Of a DNA stretch of 64,000 bases, positions 23,701 through 37,100 are shown piece after piece (the stretch's first letter is position 1; each line of letters opens with the position of its first letter). The DNA lies in assembly GCA_040954595.2 (NCBI GenBank), contig CM082584.2:10324190-10388189 (forward strand), read 5' to 3'. This DNA comes from Balanoglossus misakiensis (lineage: Eukaryota; Animalia; Hemichordata). The notes beneath the pieces were generated by a model that was not told the DNA's origin, searched no databases, and saw only the letters and a list, made by a program, of their open reading frames with translations. The translations under genes were made by a program, and so were the position numbers.

Positions 23701-26700
23701 AAAGCCAAATTTTGAAACGGAAGATTTTTGCGCCATTTTTTATAATAATTAGTTAATAAATTCTATCATCAGGGTTTAAAAAGAACACTTTTCAGTGAAG
23801 CCTACTCGATTTTTAGGAGTCGACACTCGCACGCTGCATGCATCGAATAATTGGGTTTTTGAAAGCTGGGAGAAGTAGCGCAGTCACTTCTGCACTTTGC
23901 TAATTATACTACTTGATGACATCACTGCCTTTATTTCTGTGTTTTCTGACACTTTGAAGTCCATTACGCTCAAATTAGTCGCGTTACGACGGCCCTGCAC
24001 CGGTGATCAAAGGCGCACTGCATTCAGCCCTGTTTTGTTCGGAACAGAGTGGCCGTTGTTCTAAGTCGTTCTGGCAAACATGTTTTGTCCTCTCATCAGC
24101 TTACGGTAAACAAAGAAAAGTACCCGCCGATTTTCCCGTTGTCATACTATTAGCCACAATCAAATGTAACAAGATCAAGTTTGGCGAACAAAAACATCGC
24201 TATTAGGGCTAAATTCTGCCGTCCAATCACTGTCGGCGTTTCTTTCCGAGACCCTGGTGACGAGTAGTTATAGACGCACTTGTGATTATTTATTTTTGTT
24301 TTTTTTTCTGCCACCTTGGCGACTTTCGCGAGAGCCTTGCACTTTTCAAGCGCATTTTCGCGATGATACTCAGTTGTTCATCGCACCATGAAACCACAGC
24401 GTCTGGGTTGGTCAGCTTGTAAATGAGATCTGTCTATTCATTCACTATGCAGGAGCTCGCTTAACACTTAAGCTATGCTGAAAAGTAAGCATTTCTGAGC
24501 CATTTCTGTGTGTATACTAGTAAACAGCTTGACAAAAGAAAAGCCCACGTCTTAGCAAATTGCTTCGGGTTATAGAGCTTTCACAGACCAGATTTACCTA
24601 GTTTCATGACGGAGTTTTACTTTTTTTTTCAAAGCTGAAATTAGCAACCGTCTGTTCCCTGTGCATTATCTCTTTGAACAGACAGCGGCAGGCGTCGTAA
24701 CTGGATAGGGTCGTCTCCGCTCCAAGAATCGCTCTTCTTTGTTGCCTTTCGAAAACATAACGGCATTCTCTATCGATAACCAGAGTTTGTGTGTTTTACA
24801 AACATTGCTTTGAAATCACAACCGATTATTTCTCAGGTTGTCCCATCCAGGTTTCGTTCCAAGCCCCCGTGTATGTCTCATCATCAAAGCCGGCACCGGC
24901 GACTCTACTGCGCCGAAGCACTCCGAAAGCATGCCACGATTTGCGCTTGGGGGCAGCCGACGCTTCCAATTTATCATATTTCAATCACGGAAAAATTGGA
25001 TTCTCCTTAAATTCTAGTTGAGATGGCAGACAATGTTTTTAACTCACGTGGTGTCGTTGTATGAAAGCGTTGCATGCCATGTAATAATCTTTGCGCGCGT
25101 CGGCATTAAACAGTACGACACCAATAGTGTGCGACGCGGCGGCCATTCCCACCATAATATTGAATATAAAGTAGGAACTGTTGTATTGATAAGTATGGAG
25201 CTCCTGGGAAATAAGCAATGCAGATTGATCTAGCACTGCATTGTCACTACAACCGTGTTCCAAGCGGCGTCGTAGCGAGGCGCTCCTCCCATTGCGCTGA
25301 ATTTAATGGAGTAACGCGTCGCCCGGGCCACTCTCAGTTCTGTTCTGGTCTGTCTGTCTGTCTGTCTGTCTTATACCCTGTCTCTAAATGAGTATCTCTG
25401 CGCATGTCTCCCTACTCTCTCGTTCCTTCTCAACCTGGTTCTCTCTGTCCTAGTGTCTATCTGTCTGTCTGTCTCCATTTCTACCTGTCCCTATCCACAG
25501 TCCCTCTATCACACAGAGCGACTGTGCCTTAATCACAGCCTCTGTCTATCAATCTGTCGATCTGTCTGTCTCTGTCTCTTGGCGCATACAACGGCGGATG
25601 ATACCTCCTTTGCATTGAGAGGGAATTGGTATCCCTTTCACCCGTACACAAAATCAATCCACGTTATAGGTCTTCCTCTGTAATGCGAAGTTGTTGGGAT
25701 TCCGTGATGATCCCTTAGCTAATTTTTCATTTCAAATCAGACAATATTACAGTTAGATGTGATTTACCGAACACGATATTTACATAGGTTTCCTTTTCAT
25801 TAAAGCCCCGCAATGAAGGAAATTCAACGCAAACATGATCACATTCGCTTTGCAAGGATTTGAACTTTTTGGAATTGTACTTTGTGAAAAAGGCCCCTTA
25901 TGTAATTGTGTTTCACTTAAAAGCTTATCAAGATAATAATTCTGATTCTTTACTCTTCGCTGGATATTGACGCATATTTATACACGTCTTATTTTATAGC
26001 TACAGTTGTCTGCCCTGTGTGAATTGTTCTGGTGATTTTCAATTACTTAGAAATATATTTTCCCCGTCACAGTCTTCACTTAGCTATCAGATATATAATA
26101 TTTTGGCATCAAAGACGACGACTGTTCTCAAGCGCGGAATGCAGACTATTGATTTGTGATTGTTCGTCAACAGAAAAAATGACAACTAATAATTTCGCGA
26201 CTACTATATATACTAAAACACAATTAATTACATAGCTACTGGTCGGTGAGCAGAGCCGGTTATTCTCAGTGGACAATTTTCAACGCATGCGCATCGGTGT
26301 AATTATTCTTTTAAAAAGCTGGGGTATTTAACTTAAATTACCAGTTCTTTGACTCTTCTCAATGTTTTAATTATGATCTCCAAAAAAATAATGTCGTCGT
26401 TTAAGCGCCTTGAAGAAACGACCCACTCTTCAAAACCTTCTGACAAGTATTATTCTGTCAAAGGGGAAAGGTCACATGCTGTAGTGTGACCTTTGACCGC
26501 TGATCACTTCGCCTGATACGTTCATGGTAAATATCGTCATTCGGCAGCTGACAGATGGATTGGGTAAAAAAGCTAAATGATCAGATTTGTCAAGGTCAGT
26601 CACTTTTTTGAAAGACAGAAAATTCCGAGTGAAAATTTCCCTAAACCCGTTTTTCACTATTGGACATCGCCAGATTACGAGCCCTTTGAGTGAAAACATT

Positions 26701-29700
26701 CAGATTATTGTACGTTTTGTTTTCGCAACTTGGCTAATTTATGGTTTTGACACCCAATAAATACTTCTTATTCCTTTGGAGAGAATTCTTTACGGCGTTT
26801 GCTCAGGTTGAGCGGGAAAAGCCCCCTAGCAACTCGAATTACAGACAGGTATATATACTAACAGGGACATGCAGTGTTTACTAATGTCAGAGTAGATACG
26901 CGAAACTTTGTCCCAAAGTATCAGGCAATTTTGCCGGCGTTCGCACCTTGCTGAAACCAAGGAGGAATTCCCGCCCTGACGTGACTTTGGATTGTTCAAG
27001 TGTTGCTCTACAAATATTTTATTTCTACCGGGACGGCGTAATTTATCGTCTGCCAAGGCGTCACACTTGCAGCTTTAGACGCTTCCAGATTACTTAGCGA
27101 CAAATTTCAGCAATTTGCCTGCGTTTTGCGGCACTTTGCGGCACTTGTCTGGCGCTTTGTCAATGCCGGCTAATGTCTGTTATATTGCATGTTACCTGAA
27201 TTTCAATTTCCAATAATATTTTCCGAGCTGTTCAATTACGTGATGTTTCGCATCGATTTTCCCCTCCAGTAGGGTTATTTCTCAATTTCTGTCGTTCTTT
27301 TAGCGGACCAGCTACCCGATAACGGCTCTTCCCTACTCTCCCGTCTTCTGTGCACAGAAACAAGAGATTATTTTCAGCAGCTAGCGCCGTGACCTTTGCT
27401 GAGATAGACCATAATAGCTGCCGGAAGCTAACAGATGCGAAATGGAATACTGTTAAGAGGAAAACTACCGATCTCTCAGTTTTTACCCCCTCACATTCTC
27501 AGTTTGAGTTTCTGTCAGCCAATCACAGCGCAGGAATTTTGACCGCTTTGATTATGGTGGTTGGTTGCAAAGCGGACCAGACAAGATTTCAAAAGTTGAA
27601 CTGCGTTTTATTGTGCGTGTCTTTTGCATTTTATACTGCACATTTCAACATGAAGTTTTTCGCAAAACACACAGAAATTTCAAACTTATCACGGTCAGTG
27701 CAACTATGTACACGAGGCCGCGATCGTCATCTGCAGAGCTAGTCTGTGGTCGGCTACTGCAGTGAGCGGAGAAACGACAGCGAAAATGTGAACGCCGTGC
27801 ACGCACGGTTCGCCCAATGTGTCGATCGCATGGAGCAAACAACTTTATTAATGCAATTTACAGGACATTTTGGCATCTATTTTCACGCTTTCAATAGATG
27901 TACTTGTTTAGGTCACGCCAAAAAGTGTAGATGGGCGACGGACCCATTGTTGGCAGTCGCCAGAGTTATCAAATGGCGATCGCGGGCACGATAACCGTTT
28001 ATCACCGCCGAGGAGGACAGGAATACATGCAAAATATAACAACAAAAGGCGAAAAAATTATCAATTATTAAATTGAAAAGTGGCCAAGTTTTCTTTCAGT
28101 CGTCGCCGGTCCCGTATATTGGTGGCATTATTACATGACGCGGGTTGCCCCGGTAGAAAATGAATAAACACGTGTCTGTTCAGTCAGCATTCGCCAGCTT
28201 CTGCAACAAAAAACACCACCAATTCAAAGGGTACTCTCTATTACCCCCCTCTCTACAGCCACAATTTCGTTAATTTATTTACGAAAACACCGGCTGGCAC
28301 TGCTTTTTTTCAGAAGCCTAGTCAAAAACTTGAGTTGGCGATACCCTGCCATGTAACGCGCATGAAAAATAAAGTCGCCATCATGATTTATAAACAGGGC
28401 CATGACCGTAAATCCCATATTTTCCGGATTTTTTTGGCGAATCTTCAACAGGAGATATTGGTTTATAGTCTGCTCAATTTAGAGAAGTTTCCCCGACTAA
28501 AGAGAGCCGCGGAAATTGAGCTGACATAGTGGCACAGCGACTAGCAGTTCCACTCCAGAAGTATTTCACCGGGGTCCATATTACTTGACATAATAACACA
28601 ATCCAGTCATGCGAAACTGTAGATATACCATTAGATAGCGATTGTGGGAATTACTCTCTCCAAAAGACGTTTAATTTCTCTGCCTATAATTTCATCATCG
28701 TTTCTCCATAACGTATGTTAGCCAACTATTATCCATTGATTCTTTGGGCAGACTTTTTGTCATCCCGGCCAGGATTAGATCCAAATTGAATTAGGTGTTT
28801 ATTGCTGCGCATTTTATGCGCAAATGCAGTTAAGGGGGGTGGGTGATGCGCAGTTGTGCAGAGAGACCGGCTGGAAGGCGCGCTATTTTGCTAGGATACA
28901 ACAATATTTGGGCGCAGCAACGGTAACATTTTTCACGTCGCAATTTTCTGCAAGAGTTGACCCGATGATTGCCGCGATTTGCGGCCGTCATTAACTGCTT
29001 ATTAGAATGCACTGAATGACTGTGATATTGACAGTAAAATAGTCTTTAGCGTACATCATTGGTGTTTGATGGCCGGGGCACAACAATGTGCCATGCAGGC
29101 AGTATGCTCCTTGACTCTTGCTTGTACTATCTGCCTCGAACAAAAGCAATCTTTCTTGAAATTAAATCAAATCAAATCATGTAGTCTATTTATATGCTGT
29201 ACACATAACTCAGGCTGTGGCGCGTTATGACATCACGCCAGCAGACTTCAAGTGCACAGAGTTTTAAAGCCGCCATTTTTTTTTCTAAACGTCGGTCACT
29301 CACTGCTGCGGCGGTCAGACTGCCACGCAACCGAGCATTGGGTTTTATTGGAGTGTATTCAGAAGGGCTGTTATCTTTATGGTGGATTTCGGCCCAGAGG
29401 TAAATGGGCAGTCACACCGAACGCACACATGTAGGAAGGACACGGGACTATAATTTATCACGTGTATGGCCAACTGAAAAGTTGTTCAAGAACCAAATGC
29501 ACGACTTAAAATGCCACGAAACAATCTGTGATAGCCGGTTGTCGTGCCTTTATCACGTCGGTATGCAGCGAACCCCCCTTTTTCGGCAAAATAAGTTTTC
29601 GTTTTAATAAATCGGGGAGTCGAGTCTCTCGGCACGAATTTAATTCGAAATTCGAGTCAGGAGATAGACAAAGTAATTGCCGTTGAAGTGTTGGTCATTG

Positions 29701-32700
29701 ATAATGGCTTTTCCTTTTCAAGATATCCCCCAGGACATCGGAGATCCTTTAAAAATACACGCACAACTGACGTTAGTGGAAAGGACAAGACACGTCTAAA
29801 ATATTTGAGGCCTCGGTTGTCGTCACAAGTTGACATCTGCTGCCGTCTCAACCGTCAACCCCCCAAAACACACAGCGTGTATAAGGCCGAACGAAAATCG
29901 AGGAAAACGAGACATTTTGTGGGGTGACAGATTTCCACAAACCCGCCCAAAGGTTTGGAATTTCCGGTTAGACTGTTAGAATATAGTGAAAGTGGCACAT
30001 TATTACAGCGTGTCTAACGCCCATAGCTATATTTCCTTGCTGCGGTTGCAGTTTGCTCATATGCAAAGTTGCATGCCTTCAATCGTGTCTGTCCAAACAT
30101 CTGCAACGGCTTCGCCGAGATATTGTTTGACTGATTCCTCTTCTTTGTGTCCGCAGTATCTAAATGTTTCGATTCGGTAAAAAATTACACTCGGGTGGTC
30201 GATGCGTTTCTTCTGCCTTCGATCGCACTCTCTTAACCGCGGACATCTGTAAGGAGGGGTGGCGCGTGTCCCAATCGATGGTTGGTCCACTATAGACGGC
30301 CCCGAAGTAGCAACCGCATCGAAGGATCGAACCGACCGACATGTTTTCTTTCTTTATTGCCATTTGGAAATCTTTGTTATTGTATATTGTCAGTGTGTTT
30401 CCAAAAGGAAAAGACGAGAAGAGCCCCGAGAGTGCGATTACTGGTGAATTTCATTCAATACTTGGGCTCAGTCCATTTTCAGACACTCGACGCGGAAATC
30501 TATAGCGGCATATGAAAGCAACACAAACGCTTTTCGAGCTGTACCATCACCTCTGCCTATTACTGGCGACTCCGATTCAACTGGAAAATCTCCCGAGGCG
30601 TGAATATATTTCATTCCTTTGCCTTTTTTCGCATCTTCTTTCTCTCCGCGAGCTCAGGCATCAATCACGCCATGATACAGCCTTTCTTGGGACGGGTGGT
30701 ATTAGTTGCTCGCTATAATATTAGCGCAGATAAAGTCAAACAAAGCTCTCTTAGCGAGAGAGAAACTCGACCACCCGATCAAAAGGATTTTCCTACCGAT
30801 AGGTGAAAACTAAATAGCTTCAACCGACGTAAATCCCCGCCCGGGGCGTCCTAACACTGCCGATACTTTGTGAGCGACTACGCCCTGTTTTTGTGTGGCA
30901 AAAAAACCTCCATTTTAGGGCGGCTTGTGTTTGCAAACACACACTCGCCACATGAACACAATTCTGAGTGTTCGAACATTGAAGGTAAAAGTGCGGTGGG
31001 AGACATCCTTTGTTAATAAATCGTCCTCAAAATTCTTTCTGAGTCATTAAAATTGATTATAAACCACTGCGGTGAAAGGAAAACGTCCGTAAGACCGATT
31101 TCCAGCCCGAACAACGTCGCTTTTCCCGGATATTCGCTGTCGACGGCAAGCGCACAACTTGAACTTGTCGTACAACGACCGGAACCCAGTGGAGCTTTAA
31201 CGCCACTTTCCAATCCCCGTACGCATTTAGGTACCCTACAAAAATGACTTTATTTGGAGACCATATGTTACGGGGGACTATTATCTTGATTTGTTTCACA
31301 CTTTTTATGTCAGGCCATCCGAGCAGAAAATCTTTTACCATTTCGTTTGTTTTACCATACCTTTTTAACAGAAAACATTTTGAATTCATATTGAACTCCT
31401 TTAGATTACGATTGCAAACTCTCCTACGAGTCTAGAATTCAAGGTTTTGCAAACACAACCAGTATGCGTTTGAGTTACCACATGGTCTTCGCAATATGTT
31501 TTGTTGGTTGTTCCAGCCAAGTGGCCACTAATCAAAACCAGTATTTTTGGGGATAAAATGTATTATGCCAAAAACTGGCTTGCGTATATAGCTTCTGCAT
31601 CACAAGGCACGGAAAAGACAAGCACAGAAGCGGAGGAGACCCACAACAATGCCGTGTGGAGATAATATTCTGCTCGCAGTCACCGTGTCTTTGGCCATTG
31701 TAGCAGAAACCCGAGAGAAATTAATACAGTTCATCTGAACTTCTACAGCTTTGTTTGAACTGCGGCTGAATCCGTACTAATCACGTGTCTTTAAAGGACA
31801 TGAAAACGTTTTCTTCAGAGTGGCGGATATGTCTTTCAGACGCAGTTTTTAATCCGGCTAATATTGTATTAAAGCTAAGAGAGAGTTGAGAGGGGGGAGT
31901 CGACATGTCGCGGACCTACACTCACAATTTGTCTAGAAATCATACACGAAGTTGCCGTTTGCATAACGCAGCTTCCAAGGGGCGCCAGCTCATGCAGTTG
32001 CTCGTTTCGTTTCGATCGCGTCGGCTTGCATTCGCTCACAGGGAGAGATGTAAAAAAAACGGTGAAACATCGCCGGCAGAATCTGGAAGTAACGAGTGGC
32101 TGAGTGGAATCTATTGTTCCAGAACAAAGCTTGCGGTTGGGAGTTCCCAAGTATTGCTTTTGTTTAATGATGGATTTTTGTGTGTGATTTTAAGAACCAA
32201 TGAGCAACTCCGATCCCACGTCTGACGTTGACTTCCATACGACCCGACTGAGCTCATGGATTTGTTGTGATTTGGTGGCATTTTGAAAGTATATTAAATA
32301 TTTTAAATATGTTCATCCGTAATCGATAGCTTCCCGTCCACAGAGACTGGTCTTTTAATGTTCAATTTAAAAAAATCTCAGAAAACTAGACTTTACGTCT
32401 GACATTTGTGAGGAAACCCTTGAAAAAGAACTACAAATGATCATTACAATAGACGGAAGTTTGCTCATTTTGAGTGTTTTGTTCAACTATGATTCAACTG
32501 AAATTGCCCGGGTATTGATGACATTTGGTGTTTTTCAGCGTGTGCGCAGACTCGTAAATTGGCATGTACACATATATGCTTTTGTCATAATATTTACGCC
32601 AGTAGCCGCCTTTATTGGTGCATCGAAGCATATATGCATGAAAGAGATCTTACAGATGCTCTGTTTGTGAACCAAAACAAGAAAATGACAAGATTTACAA

Positions 32701-33800
32701 AAAAATCTTGTTCTGCTCTAACGGACTAATCGGTTCTTATCGTTCTTGTCACTGATTTTAAAGTTCAAGATCTGTGGGAGTTTCTAGTCACGACTGCACT
32801 TCTGGTCGATTTTTTCGCAACCTCCCACAGGTTGGCGTTTACGCCTGCGTAGTTGATCTCTTCCAAAGCCTGAAACGTCAACACTGTTTTTTGCGAATTA
32901 AAATGGAAAACTGTGAAGGTCGAGATTGAAGTAGTCATAAACGTCACCGACCTCTTCCCGCCCCTTTCGCGCAATTAACGAAAGTTTGTCACTTCGCCGC
33001 TTACAAGTCGTTGCAGGGAGCAACATTGGCATTCTATTGGCACAGCGGACAATTTATGAGAGATTAGGCGTATGGATTGTACGGATTGTCCAGTTTATCA
33101 GTTTATTGATGGATACGAGTCCAGATAACTAACACAACTATTAGCCTAAGATGTTGGAATTGTGTTTTTATATTCATGCCGTCGGTTTTCCATCGTTACC
33201 TGTTTAGTTTCATTGAATTTGACGGGTAATAGCGTCGACGGTGGAAACGGTGGCGACGGACAGCAATATCGTTTAAGCTCTATGCAATATCCCGTGGTTT
33301 TTTCGCATCTTACGGAACAATATCATAGTTTTGCAATCCTGTGGCGCTGTTTTGTTATGTTATATGATATTTTATTATCATGACGCCAACAAGTATATAC
33401 TGCCATACGTTTTAAAAGACAAGAAATTAAACGACTTGTCGAGTTGAATACATGTTTGGAGATTATCATTGAATATTCCAGTTGTGGTATATAGTTTTAT
33501 ATAAGCCTATAGTTAATTATGGCCAGTCCAGCAACCAGTATTTTTTCTCTGGCAAGCAGCTATCAGCCAATCAAAGCTCTATTAAAATCATCATTATCAG
33601 TGACAATGATCTCTAATAAGTCACTCTTCAACGACAGTGCCCCAAAGCTGATCGGATTAAACTCAAATTAAGGTGTCTACCTCGTTTTCGCAACAAAAAC
33701 ACTTACATTTATATTATAGGTCGTTTCCAAGGCCAACAACCTCGATAACTTATGTCAAACTATAGTGAACTAATGTTTGTTTGTTTGTGTGTGTGTGTGT

Positions 33801-34187
33801 TGTGATGAAGTTTATTATTTGTTTTGTTTCGTGGCCAGGTGCACCTATGCTGATTTCTATATTTAACATATAAGCATGACCAGGTGTTAATAGGTATTGG
33901 TCGTATAGAAGCCACCCAGTGCCACGTTGTCGTGTGACTCTTTGATTCTGGTCTGGTAGTTGTGCCGTCGCATTGTCGCGGAGTTTTGGGAGCCCACCGT
34001 TCGGAGTTTGCCTGTCGACTGTGGTAGCTGAGGATTGACACTGCCGAAGGGACTTGGTGAAGCCGTGGTGGATGTTTTCGAGGACGCCGCGTGGAATTTG
34101 GGAGCCGTCCTGAGGGAGCGCGTTTCCGGGTCACTGTGGAACTGCATTTGAGGTAATACGTGGCTGTCTTTTGTACACTGGCGTAAA
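33801..34187 (+). repeat. Dispersed repeat, copy 1 (possible LTR-derived element; may extend to 34376)
   Basis: Colinear shared blocks with 52823-53254, including TTTCGTGGCCAGGTG, TGACCAGGTGTT, TGCCACGTTGTC, TTTGCCTGTC, GAAGCCGTGGT, GAGCCGTCCTGAGGG, GGAACTGCATTTGAGGTAA and ATACGTGGCT. Confidence 0.85.
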
Positions 34188-37100
34188 ACGGACAGAAAGG
34201 CCAGAATTGTTGGTTTTGAAGCTATATCTGTTAACAATATGTTAACGTTTAGGATTAGAGTGTATTTGATCTTCCTTTTTGATTACACCCTGATAATTAC
34301 TGCGCATGTTTGGTTTTTAGTCTGTTGTGTTCGTTCTTTTCGCCGCCGCCGAAGCTTCAAGCGTGATGTCGTCACAAACACGGCCGTGACGGTCACTTCA
34401 CGCGACAAGCGTGTCCTACTGGATTACAATGGCCCCTTTTTTGTTTCTCTCTCTCGCATACCCTCAGGGGTTGTATGTGATCTAATACGTGGCCTTCTAC
34501 TGTGTCTCTCAGACACCCCTGTCGATTTTTTTCTGCCGTCGGTTACATATAACAACCCCGTCGACGTTTTTGCTTTGACCCAGAATCACACACCGGGCGT
34601 GTTAAGGGAAACTGCACTGGTGATAGTTAGTCCTTCATTCCTGTTCACTGAAATCCCTGACGTCGTTCTGTGTGCAAATTTATCCGCCTGGGGAAAGGGT
34701 TTTGTGAATACGCGTCTGAGTTTGTCACTCAGGAATTATTCTTGTCGACTGAGACGAGAGAGAGAGAAAAAAATATGTCCTTAAACACATGTCATCGTTT
34801 TTGCCGATGAATGAGTGACGAGAGGTCACATGGTTACCATCGAGCAGTGGGTACTGTAAGCTCGGATCTGAAAAGTAAGCTTCACACCGTTTTCAAAAGC
34901 GTTTGCCAATATACCTGTCAATACCCTGAGCAGAGCGTAAATCACATCGACGACTTGAGCGAATAGCGAATACAAATTCAACGAATGCGCCTCGCATACT
35001 AAAACAACCGCCCGCCTCTCCTCAATACCAAAATCGAAGCCAGTCGACAAAAATGCTTAGAAACGCTGAAAAACTGTTTTCTTTGCCCATTCATCGCGTG
35101 AAAATGACATTTCCCGCACTTTGCCGGTAAAAGTACACATTTTCTCTCGGGTCTTTAATGGGCATTGCATTATATATTGATATAATGTGCCAGGACAATT
35201 AAACTGCAGAATTTGTTTCGTTTGGGGGTTCCAGGTTGAGATCCAGATGTATCGAGCGCATTGTTTTCGTTTCTACACCTGTCCAACTTGATAACACTTA
35301 CAATGTACAGCATAATAAAAGCATTTCAACGAGGTCATTTTTCCAGAAGGTCACGCCTTATCTCCCACTTTCTGATATTAAAAGTGCCATAGAAAAACAT
35401 TGACTCAAACTTAAGCGCTGTATATACGAGTGTTGAAAGCACGCTGCTATTTATGGCCTCCTATTTCGTTTGCTCTCCAAACGGCAATGTTTTCTCGTCT
35501 CTGTGTGCCCAGCACCCTCGATATTTTACAGCGACACAACTTTGCATTTGTCAATCGCACGGCTGTAAAGATTTGCTGTGGGCATTTAGATAAGCGACGC
35601 CCGTAAACCCAAAGGTAACTGCCATAAAAAATCATGTATAAAACAATTTAATAGGTGCAAATTATTACACGTTAGTTTTATGGGGCTCCCAACCTTGTTT
35701 TCGTTTGTTTAACGCCATGCTTGTTGGCAAACTTTATGTATTTTCCATTTATTTAGCGTTTGTGACCCGCCGAAAGTGTGCAACGGCGCGGGCTTGTGCG
35801 CAGAGCCATTGACAGTGATTGACAGTTGACGCCGCTCAGCCCTCGCAACACAATCACTTTACACTGCCCGACGATTTACCTGAACGAAAAAAAAAAACCT
35901 CCATCGTTAGCGTTTTATTTCAATCACTCCGAAAACTGTTGTGCTAACCCATCTCTTAATTTGCAGGCTGCTCTACGAAAGCTTTTCTAAAGTACTTCCT
36001 TTGCGTGTTTCCCGCTCCCCTCGGCTTAAGCTACCAGGGCGGCATTCAATAAAGGCAACATTTAATGAAAATAGGTTGACCAAAACTGAGAGTCTCGACA
36101 GCGGCGGGACCTCTTTGTCGACGGCGATTGTGACTGTTCCGGCTCGGTTGCTAAGCGGCCCCGTAGAATGTCGACACAACAACTCTTTGTGGTCTCCGTG
36201 TTTTCAAGCTCGTCGGCAAACCACTTCAACGCAAAAGCCCTTCTCATTTACGCTCGGTAAAGGAGTCTCTAAGAAGCTTACGGCTGACATCCAATCAGAA
36301 GTCTCGTTCTGAACCGACACACCGAAAAAGACTCAGCCCGACTTTATTTTCAGCGCTGTACGCAGGCTCATCTGCATATTGCGTTTTTCATGTTCTGAAT
36401 TCCGCACCCGGAAACTCTTGCGGATTCTTTTCGTTCCTTACCGAAGTATCATTCTAGTTATGATAATGATCTGAAATTCGACTTTGATTTTCATCTTCGG
36501 TCATTTCAGAGATGGCAATTATGCGATAATTTGAATAGCGAAGGCGAGCGATCCTCAGCAATCGGGGAATGCGCGCGCATCAGGGTTCCAAAGCGATCGA
36601 GCGCATCGGAATAACTTCCAAAGCGATCCTAGTACAAAATAGTTATGGTCTATTGAAGTTTGTTTTTGTGTTATTTGCTGTTGCAGTTTTTTTTTAGTAA
36701 AATACAATGTCAAAATTTATACTGACATGTGTAGATAATTTGTATTATCTATTTACTCTTGGTTTCGTGAGTACTTTGGTTTCTTTCTATCAATATGGAA
36801 CGCCACAATTCTGTTTTCTTCCGGTAGTTCAATAAACTTCCCAGGGCTTGCCCGTCAGCTAGCTCTAACAATTTCAAAAACCTGACTGTGGGGAACTGCC
36901 TGACCATAAATTATTGTTTATGTCGAGCGTGTTGCATCGATACGCTAGTTCCAGAAAGATGGTGGCGGGAAACGTTTTCGCTTTCATCATATTTGTGAAA
37001 CGGAATTGCAATATTTTTTGTACTACAGCTGTACTTAAGTCACGACTTGACGTCTGACTTTTTCTTCCCGTCTTTTACATTTCCCACAAATTAAACTTGA

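Noticed and set aside
33225-33275. GGDG peptide suggesting a phosphoglucomutase exon, as expected from CBWD-FOXD4-PGM5 synteny
   Set aside because: The context does not match VVGGDGR, and no other PGM motifs (KPGTSGLRK, TASHNP, DGDGDR) were seen in the window.
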